Both the position numbers and the translations under genes were made by a program. The notes below the pieces were generated by a model. It searched no databases. It saw nothing but the letters and a program-made list of their open reading frames with translations, and was not told the DNA's origin. From an uncultured virus (IMG/VR IMGVR_UViG_3300027808_000022) (Duplodnaviria; Heunggongvirae; Uroviricota; Caudoviricetes): a stretch of 64,000 nt of DNA. The stretch lies in IMG/VR virus record IMGVR_UViG_3300027808_000022; one strand, written 5' to 3'. Positions 10,193 through 21,191 of this stretch are shown here, one piece after another. The first letter of the stretch is position 1. The number at the start of each line of letters is the position of its first letter.

Positions 10193-11263
10193 ATGAATCT
10201 TGGTATAATTGGAGTTGGTAATTTAGGTTTAAATTTATTAAATTTTTTATCCGAACAACAACATGAAATTTATGTTTCAGATGTTGATGGTGATAATGTT
10301 GATGTTATACGTAATTCAGATATTATTTTTTGTTGTGTTGATACCAACATACTACCATCAAATTTTTTAGACATAACAAATGTTATGGCTGTTGTTGAAG
10401 ATTTTGGTGTTTCATTTGAAGATGAAATCCCACTATATAACAAAACATTTGTTATTTGTTCAACATTAAATCCTGGTGACACTAAAAAAATCATGGAAAT
10501 ATTAAATCCAATGAATCTAAAAGTATGTTATCTACCATTAATAATCCAATCTGACAACATATTATCATCTCTAAGTAACTTAAAAACAATAGTAGTAGGT
10601 AGTCTTGATTCAGAAGTTATTAATACAATTACAGACCTATTCCAACCATCAAAAAATAATAAATTAAATGTTATTTCAATGACAAGTAAGTCTGCGGAAA
10701 TTTACAGATTGGCATATAGTTCGTATATCCACACCAAAATTAATTTTGCAAATTTTTTAGGTGAGTTAATGTTAAATTTTGGTACTTCAGATGAAACAAA
10801 ATTATTACTTAAAAGTTTAGGATATGATAAATCAATTTCAGATAATAATTTTAATTTTGGATTTGGTGTTGGTGGTCCTTGGGTTCCGACAGAAAATAGA
10901 GTGTTAGGCCAAGTATCTAATGATAACAAATTAGAATTTGTGTTACCATTTGTCAATGAGGATTTCAATTTAAATCATCATCAATTTATTAAAAAACATT
11001 TTATCAATTTAAATCCTGACAAGACAATACCTTTTGTGTTTAACGGTATTGGATATAAAGACATGTCTATTGATATTACAGAATCACCAAAATTTGAGTT
11101 GGTATCAGACTTTTTAAAAGAGGGTTATACTGTGTATATTGTTGAAAGTGATGAATTTATTCGTAACAAAAAAGTAGTTAAAGAATTAATTTTTGATTTT
11201 AATGATAAAGTAAAATTCTTTAAACAAGGTACATCGCCCAAAGGAGTATACGTTAATTTTTAA
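10193..11263 (+). CDS. UDP-glucose/GDP-mannose dehydrogenase-like protein, apparently catalytically degenerate
   Basis: GVGNLG Rossmann motif, CVDT, ICST..PG, SAE..R, KINFAN; GFGVGGPW in place of the GxGxGGxC motif. Confidence 0.7.
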   Translation: MNLGIIGVGNLGLNLLNFLSEQQHEIYVSDVDGDNVDVIRNSDIIFCCVDTNILPSNFLDITNVMAVVEDFGVSFEDEIPLYNKTFVICSTLNPGDTKKIMEILNPMNLKVCYLPLIIQSDNILSSLSNLKTIVVGSLDSEVINTITDLFQPSKNNKLNVISMTSKSAEIYRLAYSSYIHTKINFANFLGELMLNFGTSDETKLLLKSLGYDKSISDNNFNFGFGVGGPWVPTENRVLGQVSNDNKLEFVLPFVNEDFNLNHHQFIKKHFINLNPDKTIPFVFNGIGYKDMSIDITESPKFELVSDFLKEGYTVYIVESDEFIRNKKVVKELIFDFNDKVKFFKQGTSPKGVYVNF

Positions 11264-11300
11264 TCTTTCTTTTATTATTATATTTCATAAATTATAATTA

Positions 11301-12053
11301 ATGGAAAAAAAACCAAGAAAGAAACCAACTGTTTCTACAAAACCAACAGTTTTTAGTGGAGAAACTAGAATTACCCCTAAGTCAAAAAAAGAAATTATTG
11401 CTTCTGTAATTTCAAAACCAACAAAAGAAAAATTTTTAACTGAAAATCAAAGATTGTATTATGATTTATTACAAAAAAATCAAATAACAATATGTTCAGG
11501 TCCCGCTGGTGTTGGTAAAAGTTATATTGCAATGAAGGCGGCTGTAGATTTACTTGCAGACCCAACAACACCGTATGAAAAAATTATTATTGTCAGACCA
11601 GCGGTTGAAGCCGAAGAAAAACTTGGAGCATTGCCAGGTAATGTTGAAGAAAAATTAGACCCGTATATTTTTCCATCTTACTATCTATTAAATAAAATTA
11701 TAGGAAAAGATAAAAGAGAATATTTAAAAAATATTGAAGCAATTGAAGTGTTTGCGTTGGCGTATATGAGAGGTATGAATATTGACAATTCAATTTTAAT
11801 TTTTGAGGAGTCTCAAAATAGTACACCAAAACAAATGAAACTCTTATTAACTAGAATTGGTTTTAAAAGTAAATTTTTTATTTCAGGAGATTTAGAACAA
11901 ACTGATAGATACAAAGACAAAACACAATCTGGATTATGGGATGTAATTGAAAAGTTTAAAAATATTAATGATATTGGTGTTTTTGAATTCAATGACAAAG
12001 ATATTGTTAGAAACCCATTAATTTCACAAATTTTAAGTAAATACGAAGAATGA
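11301..12053 (+). CDS. phoH: PhoH-family ATPase
   Basis: GPAGVGKS Walker A, RPAVE..EKLGALPG, AYMRG, EESQN, SGD..QTD, DIVRNP. Confidence 0.93.
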   Translation: MEKKPRKKPTVSTKPTVFSGETRITPKSKKEIIASVISKPTKEKFLTENQRLYYDLLQKNQITICSGPAGVGKSYIAMKAAVDLLADPTTPYEKIIIVRPAVEAEEKLGALPGNVEEKLDPYIFPSYYLLNKIIGKDKREYLKNIEAIEVFALAYMRGMNIDNSILIFEESQNSTPKQMKLLLTRIGFKSKFFISGDLEQTDRYKDKTQSGLWDVIEKFKNINDIGVFEFNDKDIVRNPLISQILSKYEE

Positions 12054-12643
12054 GAATTGCAATAGATATTGATGGTGTTTTAAGGGATACTTTTAATAAA
12101 ATAGAACAAATTTATCAAAAATATTTTATAGATGAATTAGAACTTGTTGATGATGAATTTAACTATGAAATCATAACACCGTATAGTACACCTGAATATT
12201 CAAATCACTTTAAATTTAAAACAGATGAGGAATATTTGTCATTTATGTATGAAGAGTTTGCTATGGAAATATTTGGACATTCACCGTCAACTGAAATGTC
12301 CACCTTTTATGATTTAAATGACTTAATCGCAAAACACAAAGATAATATAAGTTTTTTATTAATTTCAAAACAAATTGGAAAAACAAAACCAGCAACTTTA
12401 TTTTTCATTTCAAAGTTTGGTTGTGAAATTGAAAAAGTAATTTTTTATAATCAGTTAACAAAAAATAAAATATGGAATGAATTTGATATTTTATTAACGT
12501 CAAATCCTGAATTATTATCACAAACTGAAAATAAAACTTTAATAAAGTATGAAACATCTTATAATTTAACAACAGAGTGTGAGCATACCATTACAACACT
12601 AAAAGAATTAGATAAAAAAATTGAAACTTTAATAGAAAAATGA
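12050..12643 (+). CDS. HAD-family 5'(3')-deoxyribonucleotidase-like protein
   Basis: N-terminal IAIDIDGVL motif. Confidence 0.6.
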   Translation: MRIAIDIDGVLRDTFNKIEQIYQKYFIDELELVDDEFNYEIITPYSTPEYSNHFKFKTDEEYLSFMYEEFAMEIFGHSPSTEMSTFYDLNDLIAKHKDNISFLLISKQIGKTKPATLFFISKFGCEIEKVIFYNQLTKNKIWNEFDILLTSNPELLSQTENKTLIKYETSYNLTTECEHTITTLKELDKKIETLIEK

Positions 12644-12915
12644 TTACAATATTTGGTGAAAACTACTACCTAAATTTAGATAATATTGACAAATATGTTA
12701 ATATGATATCTGAGCCAATATCAGGTTCAACAGAACCTGAGCAACATATTTCTATTGTAAAATACGAAATGGTTAAAACACTTATTGATGTAATCTTAAG
12801 TGAAACTGAAGACATTGATGAAAAACTCGCAAATAAAGTATCGTCACAACTTACAATACCTTTTAAATTGGCGTGGAACACAATGTTAGTAAATAAATTA
12901 ATTGAAAAATTTTAA
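12640..12915 (+). CDS. Hypothetical protein
   Basis: 91-aa ORF, ATGA overlap. Confidence 0.65.
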   Translation: MITIFGENYYLNLDNIDKYVNMISEPISGSTEPEQHISIVKYEMVKTLIDVILSETEDIDEKLANKVSSQLTIPFKLAWNTMLVNKLIEKF

Positions 12916-12926
12916 GTAATCAGTAT

Positions 12927-13979
12927 ATGGAAAACGAAATGATTGAAAAAATCAAAGTGTCAATTAAAAACATTGACGAAAAATTGAACAGAATTTATTT
13001 TTTTGTCCAAGACACTAAAGGAAATGCCAAAGCATCAATACGATACATTTATGAAATGGCTTTGACTTTAAAAAATAACGGACATAATGTTATCATGTTG
13101 TATGAAAAGAAAGAATACACTTCTGTAACTTCTTGGTTAAAGGGTTCTTATGATGAACTACAACATCAAACTTTGGAAGGTCAAAACTTAGCAATTGCAC
13201 CTGAAGATGTTTTGGTTATACCAGAAATTTTTGGTTTTATCATGGAACAAGTTAAAAATTTACCTTGTGGTAAGATTGTTTTGTGTCAAGCGTATGACCA
13301 CATTTTAGAAACTTTATCACCAGGTGGTACTTGGGAACAATATGGTTTCTTTAAGTGTATAACAACATCTGAAGAACAAAAAGATTATATTAACTCATTA
13401 ATGAGACATGTATCTGTTGATATTATAGAACCAACAATACACGAAAATTTTGAAACTTCTAAATTTCCTGCAAAAACATTAATTGGTGTTTCAGCACGTG
13501 AACAAAGAGAAGGTCTTAATATTATTAAACAATTTTATTTAAAGTACCCACAATATAGATTTTTTACTTTCAAAGATTTAAGAGGTTTATCCCAAGATGA
13601 TTTTTCTAAAGGTTTACAAGATTGTTTATTAGGTGTTTGGATTGACCCAACCTCAGGATTTGGAACATTTCCTTTAGAATGTATGAAGAGTGGTGTACCA
13701 GTTGTTGGTAAAATACCAAATTTAAAACCAGGTTGGATGTCAGAAAAAAATGGTATTTGGATTGAAAATCAAAATCAAATGGTTGATGTTATTGCCGATG
13801 TTGTTCAAACATGGTTAGAAGATAATGTCTTAGCGGATTTATATACCGAAGGATTCAACACTGCTGAAAAATTTACAAACCAAGAGAATTTTAAAACGTC
13901 AGTTATTGACATATTTGAATCATTTATTAATAAACGTAAAGACGCTTTTGAAGCACAAATCACACAAGAAACCGAATAA
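12927..13979 (+). CDS. Glycosyltransferase, GT-B fold
   Basis: VIPEI, SGFGTFPLECMKSGVPVVG nucleotide-sugar-binding motif. Confidence 0.75.
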   Translation: MENEMIEKIKVSIKNIDEKLNRIYFFVQDTKGNAKASIRYIYEMALTLKNNGHNVIMLYEKKEYTSVTSWLKGSYDELQHQTLEGQNLAIAPEDVLVIPEIFGFIMEQVKNLPCGKIVLCQAYDHILETLSPGGTWEQYGFFKCITTSEEQKDYINSLMRHVSVDIIEPTIHENFETSKFPAKTLIGVSAREQREGLNIIKQFYLKYPQYRFFTFKDLRGLSQDDFSKGLQDCLLGVWIDPTSGFGTFPLECMKSGVPVVGKIPNLKPGWMSEKNGIWIENQNQMVDVIADVVQTWLEDNVLADLYTEGFNTAEKFTNQENFKTSVIDIFESFINKRKDAFEAQITQETE

Positions 13980-13981
13980 TC

Positions 13982-14788
13982 ATGGAAAAGAAACTTAATT
14001 TATCAATAATATTACCTATCAAATCTACATTGGCAAAAGATTTTGATACATACTTTGAAAGTGCCATTAAATCTTTAATAATTCAAAAAACAACATTTAA
14101 TGAGTTAATTATTGTTCATACTCAAGAAGAACAATTGGTTACTAAATTAAAAAATTATGATTTTGAAACTTTAAATGTAAAACTTGTTGAATATATTGGA
14201 GAACCATCATTCCAAAAACAAATTTCATTTGGTGTTGAACACTCTGAAAGTGAATGGGTATCATTCTTTGAGTTTGATGATGAATATTCGAATATTTGGT
14301 TTGACAATGTTTTAAAATATTCTGAAATATATCCAGATGTGGATGCGTTTTTACCAATAGTTGTTGATGTGGATAATAAAGGTACTTTTGCAGGATTTAC
14401 AAATGAAGCAACATTTGCGGCAAATTTCACACAAGAAATGGGTTATTTAAATAATGAGACATTATTAGATTATCAAAACTTTCAAACCGCTGGTATGGTA
14501 ATTAAAAAAGAAAAACTTGTTGATTTTGGTGGATTTAAACCGTCAATTAAATTAACATTTGTTTATGAATTTTTATTAAGAATGTCATATAATTCTTTAA
14601 GAATTATGACTATACCAAAACTTGGTTACAAACACACAAGTATGAGAGAAGGTTCAATATTTTGGAACTACAAAAATGGTGACGATGTGATGACTGAAAA
14701 TGAAGTAAAGTTTTGGATTTCTACAGCAAAAAAAGAATACTTTTTTAAAGACGACAGAAATATAAAGTATGAAGTTCAAAATGCTTAA
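13982..14788 (+). CDS. Glycosyltransferase family 2-like
   Basis: LSIILPI, ELIIV, EWVSFFEFDDEY, FGGF motifs. Confidence 0.75.
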   Translation: MEKKLNLSIILPIKSTLAKDFDTYFESAIKSLIIQKTTFNELIIVHTQEEQLVTKLKNYDFETLNVKLVEYIGEPSFQKQISFGVEHSESEWVSFFEFDDEYSNIWFDNVLKYSEIYPDVDAFLPIVVDVDNKGTFAGFTNEATFAANFTQEMGYLNNETLLDYQNFQTAGMVIKKEKLVDFGGFKPSIKLTFVYEFLLRMSYNSLRIMTIPKLGYKHTSMREGSIFWNYKNGDDVMTENEVKFWISTAKKEYFFKDDRNIKYEVQNA

Positions 14789-15525
14789 TGTTATCCGCCG
14801 AAACAACCTCAGATTTGGTTAAAAAAAGAGGTAGAAAAGCAACTACTGTAAATTATTTTGATGTTGCCGAAGAAGCGGCGGTAAGACGATATCTTATTGC
14901 GGAAACTTTTGAAGAAAAAAACGCAATTTATAATGAGTTTTTGAGAGGTCCTTTAGATAAGATGATTTCTTCAATCATCCGTAGATATAAACTATATCGT
15001 AAAGATATGAATTTTACCGATATTCATACTGATACACATTCTTTTTTGATGACAAAGGTTGATAAATTTAAACCTTCAAAAGAAAAGAAAGCGTATTCTT
15101 ATTTTGGTACTATTTGTAAAAATTATTTGATGGGTCAAATTATTAAAGACCAAAAAGATACAAATAGAAAAATATCATACGAAGATATATCATCAAGTTT
15201 AGAACAAAGACCTGACATGGTTTATTATATGGAACTTGAAAAACTCGAAACAGATGATATAATCCAAGGTTTCTTAAACGAATTAAGACATTACATAGAA
15301 AATGAACCTTTAACCGAGAATGAAAAAAAGTTAGGTATATCATTATTGGAATTATTTGAAAATTATAAAACCATATTTTTGGGTACTGATAATAATAAAT
15401 TTAATAAAAATATTATCTTACTTTCAATTCGTGAAATGACAAATCTTTCAACCAAAGAAATTAGAACAGCAATGAAACGTTTTAAAAAGTTATATTATGT
15501 TGTGTTAAATAAAATAATAGAGTAA
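14788..15525 (+). CDS. Phage RNA polymerase sigma factor (gp55/late-sigma-like)
   Basis: KVDKFKPSKEKKAYSYFGTICKNYL resembles sigma region 2; lies directly upstream of the structural genes. Confidence 0.65.
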   Translation: MLSAETTSDLVKKRGRKATTVNYFDVAEEAAVRRYLIAETFEEKNAIYNEFLRGPLDKMISSIIRRYKLYRKDMNFTDIHTDTHSFLMTKVDKFKPSKEKKAYSYFGTICKNYLMGQIIKDQKDTNRKISYEDISSSLEQRPDMVYYMELEKLETDDIIQGFLNELRHYIENEPLTENEKKLGISLLELFENYKTIFLGTDNNKFNKNIILLSIREMTNLSTKEIRTAMKRFKKLYYVVLNKIIE

Positions 15526-15554
15526 AAAAAATATTAAAAATAATATTTATCAAT

Positions 15555-15926
15555 ATGTCACGACCAAAAAAAAAGGAAATAAATTTAACTAAAGATTCAG
15601 TTCTTTCGTTATTACAAGAAATCTACAATGAACTTGTAGAACAAAGGTCTACGGCAATTAGAGTTCAAAATAAAATGTTGGCAATGTTAAAAGACCCCGA
15701 AGACATGACGGTTATTGGCCCTGTTTTAGAAAAACAACAAAAAATTATTAATGATGTTGTGGAGAAAAAATTAACATTGGCCAAATTACAATCAACTATT
15801 TGGGAAAAATCAAATAGAACTGAGGATGATTTATCATTAGGTGATATTGATGATGATATGTTACAGTCTTTAATTCAAAAAGATATTGATGGGATGTCAA
15901 ACGACAATTCATATAAGTTTAAATAA
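15555..15926 (+). CDS. Hypothetical coiled-coil protein
   Basis: 123-aa ORF after TATTTAT motif at 15544. Confidence 0.7.
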   Translation: MSRPKKKEINLTKDSVLSLLQEIYNELVEQRSTAIRVQNKMLAMLKDPEDMTVIGPVLEKQQKIINDVVEKKLTLAKLQSTIWEKSNRTEDDLSLGDIDDDMLQSLIQKDIDGMSNDNSYKFK

Positions 15927-15928
15927 TT

Positions 15929-17962
15929 ATGGCAGCTATTGTTGATTTAAATTCCGCTTATGACAACGCTGAAAGTTCTATAAAGGCGGTTCAGACTTTT
16001 AATCAAGTATCGGAAGATAACAAAAAAATTACATCTCAACAACAATCGTCTCAAGAAAAGGCAGCTGAAGAAACTGTAAGTCCTTTAACTCAATTACAGG
16101 AAAACAAAAAAAAATTCCAAAGACAAGCTGAGACACAATTAGATAAATTATTAAATCTTAATCAATTATTACCTGATAATAGATTATCGGGTAAATCATC
16201 TAGTTCAGTTGTTTCATTAGTTAAAAATGATTTTTTAATAGCTTTAAATCAAATTAAATCTGAAATACCAGATATTATTAAAAAAGCAATGTTGAAACAA
16301 TTAGGATGTTCACAAGAACAAACTTATGATGTATCAACCTTTTCTGCCGGTGGTATTTTTATTCCTGTTGAAAGTGTGGATTTATTTGGTTTATTAAAAG
16401 AGTCACCAACAACTCCCATGGGTAGATTGATGTATGAAACATTACCAACAGATAAATCATTTAAAGATTTAACTAGTACCGCAACAACAACTACAACAAC
16501 TACAACATCTCGTTCAGGAGTTCAAAAAAATCCTTATTTTATGAATCGTCAATTATATGAAAGGATTCAAAGCGAAGGTGTGTCCTACGATGATACATAT
16601 GGTCAAAATTATCTTGGTTTATCACAACAAGGTTTACTTGATGTTACATATGTAACAGAAGATGATAATGGGAACCAAGGAAGTTTTTTCCAAGTAAAAT
16701 TACCAGACAGACTTGACAATAAAAATTTAGTTAGTCAATTTATCACCGATTATTTTGAGACTATCAAAATGGTTGATACTAAAAATATATATCTCCGAAT
16801 ATTTCAAGTTTTATTTGGGGCGATGTCAATACAATTAAAAAATGGTTCTGCAGAAACCGAAAGCCAATTATTCTTTCAAAGAATATTAACTCGTATTTTA
16901 GGTCTATGTTTTGACGATAGGTCAGAAATTGATGTTAGTGGTGTTGCCAAAGTAGCACCTTTAGATGGTATTGATGAGTCTTTTTTTGAATTAACAGATG
17001 TTGATTTAAGAATAATTGAAAATGATTTATCAAACATTCAAAGAGGTGTTGTTGAATATCCTGACTGTACTACAGTAAAGTTACCAATAGATACTGAAGC
17101 ATTATTCAATACGTTTCTTGGAATTTTAGAAGTTGATGATAATAACTCTGACGGTAATAGTAAAATATTTAACAAGTCAATTGCATCTGTAACAAAAAAT
17201 CCACAATGGCCGCAAGGACCTGAAATTCAATTTTCAGTGGATACCAATATAATCAAAGCAATACCACAAGCGTTGTACGCATCCGTTCTTTCACCAAAAG
17301 TATTATTACCATTTATGGTGATGTATAAAGCAATTGAAGGAATTGCTCTTGGTAAAGTTGGTTCTGTGGTAAATGAAGTTTATAATTTACAAACATTTTT
17401 AAAAACTTTCCAAACATTAAACATAGATGTTATGTCTGAAATAGGAGCAAGATTTGTAAAAATTTTACGTGATTTAATTGTTAGAGACATTAGAAAACTT
17501 CTTCAAAGTGTTGTTAGAGATTTAAAAAAATCCCAAGTTGCAAAACAATACTCAGTTATATTTCAATTAATTGAAGGTGCAATATTAATAACCCAGTTGG
17601 TTACGGACTATAAAAAATGTAAAAGTGTTATTGGTGATATTATTAATATTATTGAATTTGCCTTACGAGGAACACGAATTGAAATACCACCATTTTTATT
17701 GTTTTTATCAACATTTAGAACAGGATTTAATGACATAAGAGCATCATTAGAAGTAATTAAAGAATTACAAAAAGCTGGTATTCCAACGGGACCAATGCCT
17801 GATGGAAGTCCAAATTTATTTTTACAATCAATAGTATCTCAAATAAAAGGTACCGAATCTGAACGAACAAAAAATTCAAAGATGGTGTCCATGACTCCAG
17901 CACAAGTAATAACACCAAGTGGATTTACAGTACCAAGACCAATGACAGGAGTTCCCTTATGA
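15929..17962 (+). CDS. Large putative virion structural protein
   Basis: 677-aa ORF in late operon upstream of spike-like gene; short poly-Thr insert. Confidence 0.6.
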   Translation: MAAIVDLNSAYDNAESSIKAVQTFNQVSEDNKKITSQQQSSQEKAAEETVSPLTQLQENKKKFQRQAETQLDKLLNLNQLLPDNRLSGKSSSSVVSLVKNDFLIALNQIKSEIPDIIKKAMLKQLGCSQEQTYDVSTFSAGGIFIPVESVDLFGLLKESPTTPMGRLMYETLPTDKSFKDLTSTATTTTTTTTSRSGVQKNPYFMNRQLYERIQSEGVSYDDTYGQNYLGLSQQGLLDVTYVTEDDNGNQGSFFQVKLPDRLDNKNLVSQFITDYFETIKMVDTKNIYLRIFQVLFGAMSIQLKNGSAETESQLFFQRILTRILGLCFDDRSEIDVSGVAKVAPLDGIDESFFELTDVDLRIIENDLSNIQRGVVEYPDCTTVKLPIDTEALFNTFLGILEVDDNNSDGNSKIFNKSIASVTKNPQWPQGPEIQFSVDTNIIKAIPQALYASVLSPKVLLPFMVMYKAIEGIALGKVGSVVNEVYNLQTFLKTFQTLNIDVMSEIGARFVKILRDLIVRDIRKLLQSVVRDLKKSQVAKQYSVIFQLIEGAILITQLVTDYKKCKSVIGDIINIIEFALRGTRIEIPPFLLFLSTFRTGFNDIRASLEVIKELQKAGIPTGPMPDGSPNLFLQSIVSQIKGTESERTKNSKMVSMTPAQVITPSGFTVPRPMTGVPL

Positions 17963-18177
17963 TTACAACAAATAAAATATCGTTTGACGAAGCCAATGAA
18001 ATTATCTCTGATATTAAAAACAGAGGAAATGGTGATTTAACAAAAGTTATGGATTTTTTAAATGAAGATTTTGAAGAAACAAAAAATCTTATTGTAGAAT
18101 TGACCAAACACTTGGACAACATTGAATCTTTGTATGATAGCGTATTAAAAGAATATAATTCACGAAATAATGGATAA
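17959..18177 (+). CDS. Hypothetical protein
   Basis: 72-aa ORF with overlapping start and stop. Confidence 0.6.
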   Translation: MITTNKISFDEANEIISDIKNRGNGDLTKVMDFLNEDFEETKNLIVELTKHLDNIESLYDSVLKEYNSRNNG

Positions 18178-19681
18178 GTCACAAAAGAAAATAATATTTC
18201 CTGCCGAGGTTGTTAATAATCAAGACCCACAAATGTTGGGTCGTATTAGAGCATATCCGTTAGACCAAAATACAAGAGCCGTATTGGAAGGTTATAGTTT
18301 TAATCCTGTAACCGATACTTGGGGACCAAAAGACCCCTTTGTACAATTACCATTATTACCAATGTTTTTTAGCCAAGTTCCTGACGTTGGGGAAAGAGTT
18401 AACATTATTTACCAAAATAGTTTATATCCATTCCAAGACCAATATTATATTCAAGGAGCCTATTCATCACCAATGAGTTTACCCTTTGAAAATATTTTAG
18501 CGGCAAACAAATACACATCATTAGGTGATAGAGTTTTAAGTACATTATCCATTAAAAATAAAGATGGTACATACAAGAATGTAAAATCTTATGGTGTATT
18601 TCCTGAACCTGGTGACAACGCTTTATTGGGTAGAGGTGCGGCCGATGTCATTGTAAGAAGAAATAGTGTTATTTTAAGAGCCGGAAAAACAAAAAGGTTT
18701 GATACAAATAAACTACCTATTGCCAATACAAATAGAGCGTTTGTTCAATTATCAAATTTTGATTCATCAGAAAAAACTAAATACACAGACCCAACTTTTA
18801 TTAAAAAAACACAAACTTTTATTAAACTTGGAACTGCAAATCAACAAATTAAAAAATTAGTTGAGTGGGAAGTTCAAAATTTAGAAAACCAACAAAATGC
18901 CTTCACTGGTTCAATAAGATTATATTCATTAAAACCTGTTAATAAAACATTATCAGACAATATTGATTATGATAGTAATTTAGAAGATGTTAAATTTTTG
19001 GAATACTACCAAAATTTTATTGGTTTTTCATTTGAAAGAACCATTAAATTAATAAATGATTTTATTATTGGTGTTAATAATGGTCAACTACCAAATGGAC
19101 CAATTGTTGAAAACCAATTTCCATTTATCTATAGACCAAACATTACCGCCAGAAAAATATTAAGAGACATTTCAACAACCGCAAATGCCGTTATCTTTAC
19201 AAATGCATCAAGAATTGCAAATTCAATTACATTAAACCCCGGTTTAGGTACACAAGCCATAAAGTACGCGATTGTACGTTCAAAAGGTGAAGTAGGAAAA
19301 CCCATTAAAGTTGATTTAGAAGATGTGGTTTCAAAACAAGTTGTTGCAGATTATGGAACATTTTTAGCCTCAGGTGCAGATACAGTTTATCTTTTATCAC
19401 ATAAGTCAAACAAACCTGTTGATTTAGAGGGTACAATATATGGTATTACACAACAAGATATTATAGATAAAGTATTACCTTTTACATCATCAATGGTTAG
19501 AGGTGAGGAGTTAATTGAATTACTTAATTTAATTGTTAGATTCTTAGTTGCTCACGTTCATCCAGTACCAGGAACCCCACCAGTTCCCGTTGCAACAGAC
19601 GGAACACAATCCACACAAATATTGTTTGAATTACAAAATGCAGTAAATAAAATTCTAAATCCAAATATTAGAATTAATTGA
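18170..19681 (+). CDS. Baseplate hub/spike protein (T4 gp5-like N-terminal OB fold)
   Basis: AEVVNNQDPQMLGRIRA...P.VGE.V.I N-terminus; C-terminal HVHP metal-binding spike motif. Confidence 0.65.
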   Translation: MDKSQKKIIFPAEVVNNQDPQMLGRIRAYPLDQNTRAVLEGYSFNPVTDTWGPKDPFVQLPLLPMFFSQVPDVGERVNIIYQNSLYPFQDQYYIQGAYSSPMSLPFENILAANKYTSLGDRVLSTLSIKNKDGTYKNVKSYGVFPEPGDNALLGRGAADVIVRRNSVILRAGKTKRFDTNKLPIANTNRAFVQLSNFDSSEKTKYTDPTFIKKTQTFIKLGTANQQIKKLVEWEVQNLENQQNAFTGSIRLYSLKPVNKTLSDNIDYDSNLEDVKFLEYYQNFIGFSFERTIKLINDFIIGVNNGQLPNGPIVENQFPFIYRPNITARKILRDISTTANAVIFTNASRIANSITLNPGLGTQAIKYAIVRSKGEVGKPIKVDLEDVVSKQVVADYGTFLASGADTVYLLSHKSNKPVDLEGTIYGITQQDIIDKVLPFTSSMVRGEELIELLNLIVRFLVAHVHPVPGTPPVPVATDGTQSTQILFELQNAVNKILNPNIRIN

Positions 19682-19703
19682 TATTTATATAGTAAAATAT
19701 ATA

Positions 19704-21191
19704 ATGTCAATTTTAAGGTCATATTTTAACAAGAACAACACAATCCAATTAAACAGTGTAGTTAATACGGGTAGAAACCCAATTACACAACTTTATTTTG
19801 GGGGTGACTTAGCCACTTTTGCACCAAGAGGGTTTACAAGATTTCTTTTTGATTTGGATTTAGCAGATTTAATAGAAGGTGTTGCCACAGGCACAATATC
19901 AACAGGTTGTACAACAGGAATGACTCATGTATTAAACATGACAAATACATCAGCGTTTGATATTGATTTACTGAATACAACAACAACTGATGGTTCTCGT
20001 AGAGCAACATCATTTGATTTAATATTATTCAGAATACCTGAATATTCAGGAACCACAGGTAATCCCCAAGATTGGGATGAAGGTGTTGGTTTTGATTATA
20101 CATATCAACCTGTAGTGAGTCAATTCTCAGATAACGTACCATTTAGTGAAAGACCATCAAATTGGTTCCAAACAACCACTATAAATAATTGGTCATATCC
20201 AGGTCTATACAACAACACCAATACAATACCAACAACATCACTTTCAGGATTAAATTATTCGGCTTTAACAATTGTTGATACCCAACATTTTGAGTTTGGA
20301 AATGAAGATATTAACTTTAATATGACAAGTGAAATCAATGGTATTTTAAACGGTAGTATTACAGGTGTTACAGGTTGGGGTATTGCATATGTTCCCGAGG
20401 TAGAAAACATCTCAGGATTGACTGAAACTTATTCTGTGGGGTTCTTTACCCGTCACACCCAAACGTTCTACCAGCCCTTCTTACAAACCACATACGATGA
20501 TATTATTAAGGATGATAGAAACACTTTTGCACAGAACAGAACAAATCAGTTATATTTGTATGTTTATCAAAATGGTGACTTTGTAAATTTGGACCAAAAT
20601 CCTGTTGTTGATATTTTAAATCCTGATGGTGAACCTATTTCAGGTTATACTGGTCTAACTACTTGTTTACGTACAAAAGGTGTGTATGAAGTTGTAGTAC
20701 CACCATTGAATGGATATTATACACCATGTCAATTCACAGATAAATGGACTAATATTGTTATTGATGGTAATAATTTATCTGACATTGAAAATGATTTTGT
20801 TTTATTACCAACATCTTCTGCATATCAAATTGGTGTTCAATCTAAAGACCCAATCCTTTATGGTTTTGATTTTAGTGGTATTAAACAAAATGAAAAAATA
20901 CTTAACACCGACATTCGTAAAGTGATGGTAACTATTAAACAAGCTTACACAAGTCAGGTTGTTTTAAATAGTATTGACACATTTTATAGAGTATACGTTA
21001 GAGAAGGTAATACCGAAGTACAAGTTCAAGATTGGACACCAATTAATAGAACACCCAACGAATACTACTTTATGTTTGATACAAGAGATAAAATACCAAA
21101 TCAATATTATGTTGATATAAAAGTGAATACTAGCGGAGAACGAGATACTTATCAAAAAGAATTAATGTTCCAAATCGTAAACAAAAAATGA
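19704..21191 (+). CDS. Putative virion structural protein (beta-rich)
   Basis: 495-aa T/G/N-rich ORF with TATTTAT motif upstream. Confidence 0.55.
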   Translation: MSILRSYFNKNNTIQLNSVVNTGRNPITQLYFGGDLATFAPRGFTRFLFDLDLADLIEGVATGTISTGCTTGMTHVLNMTNTSAFDIDLLNTTTTDGSRRATSFDLILFRIPEYSGTTGNPQDWDEGVGFDYTYQPVVSQFSDNVPFSERPSNWFQTTTINNWSYPGLYNNTNTIPTTSLSGLNYSALTIVDTQHFEFGNEDINFNMTSEINGILNGSITGVTGWGIAYVPEVENISGLTETYSVGFFTRHTQTFYQPFLQTTYDDIIKDDRNTFAQNRTNQLYLYVYQNGDFVNLDQNPVVDILNPDGEPISGYTGLTTCLRTKGVYEVVVPPLNGYYTPCQFTDKWTNIVIDGNNLSDIENDFVLLPTSSAYQIGVQSKDPILYGFDFSGIKQNEKILNTDIRKVMVTIKQAYTSQVVLNSIDTFYRVYVREGNTEVQVQDWTPINRTPNEYYFMFDTRDKIPNQYYVDIKVNTSGERDTYQKELMFQIVNKK

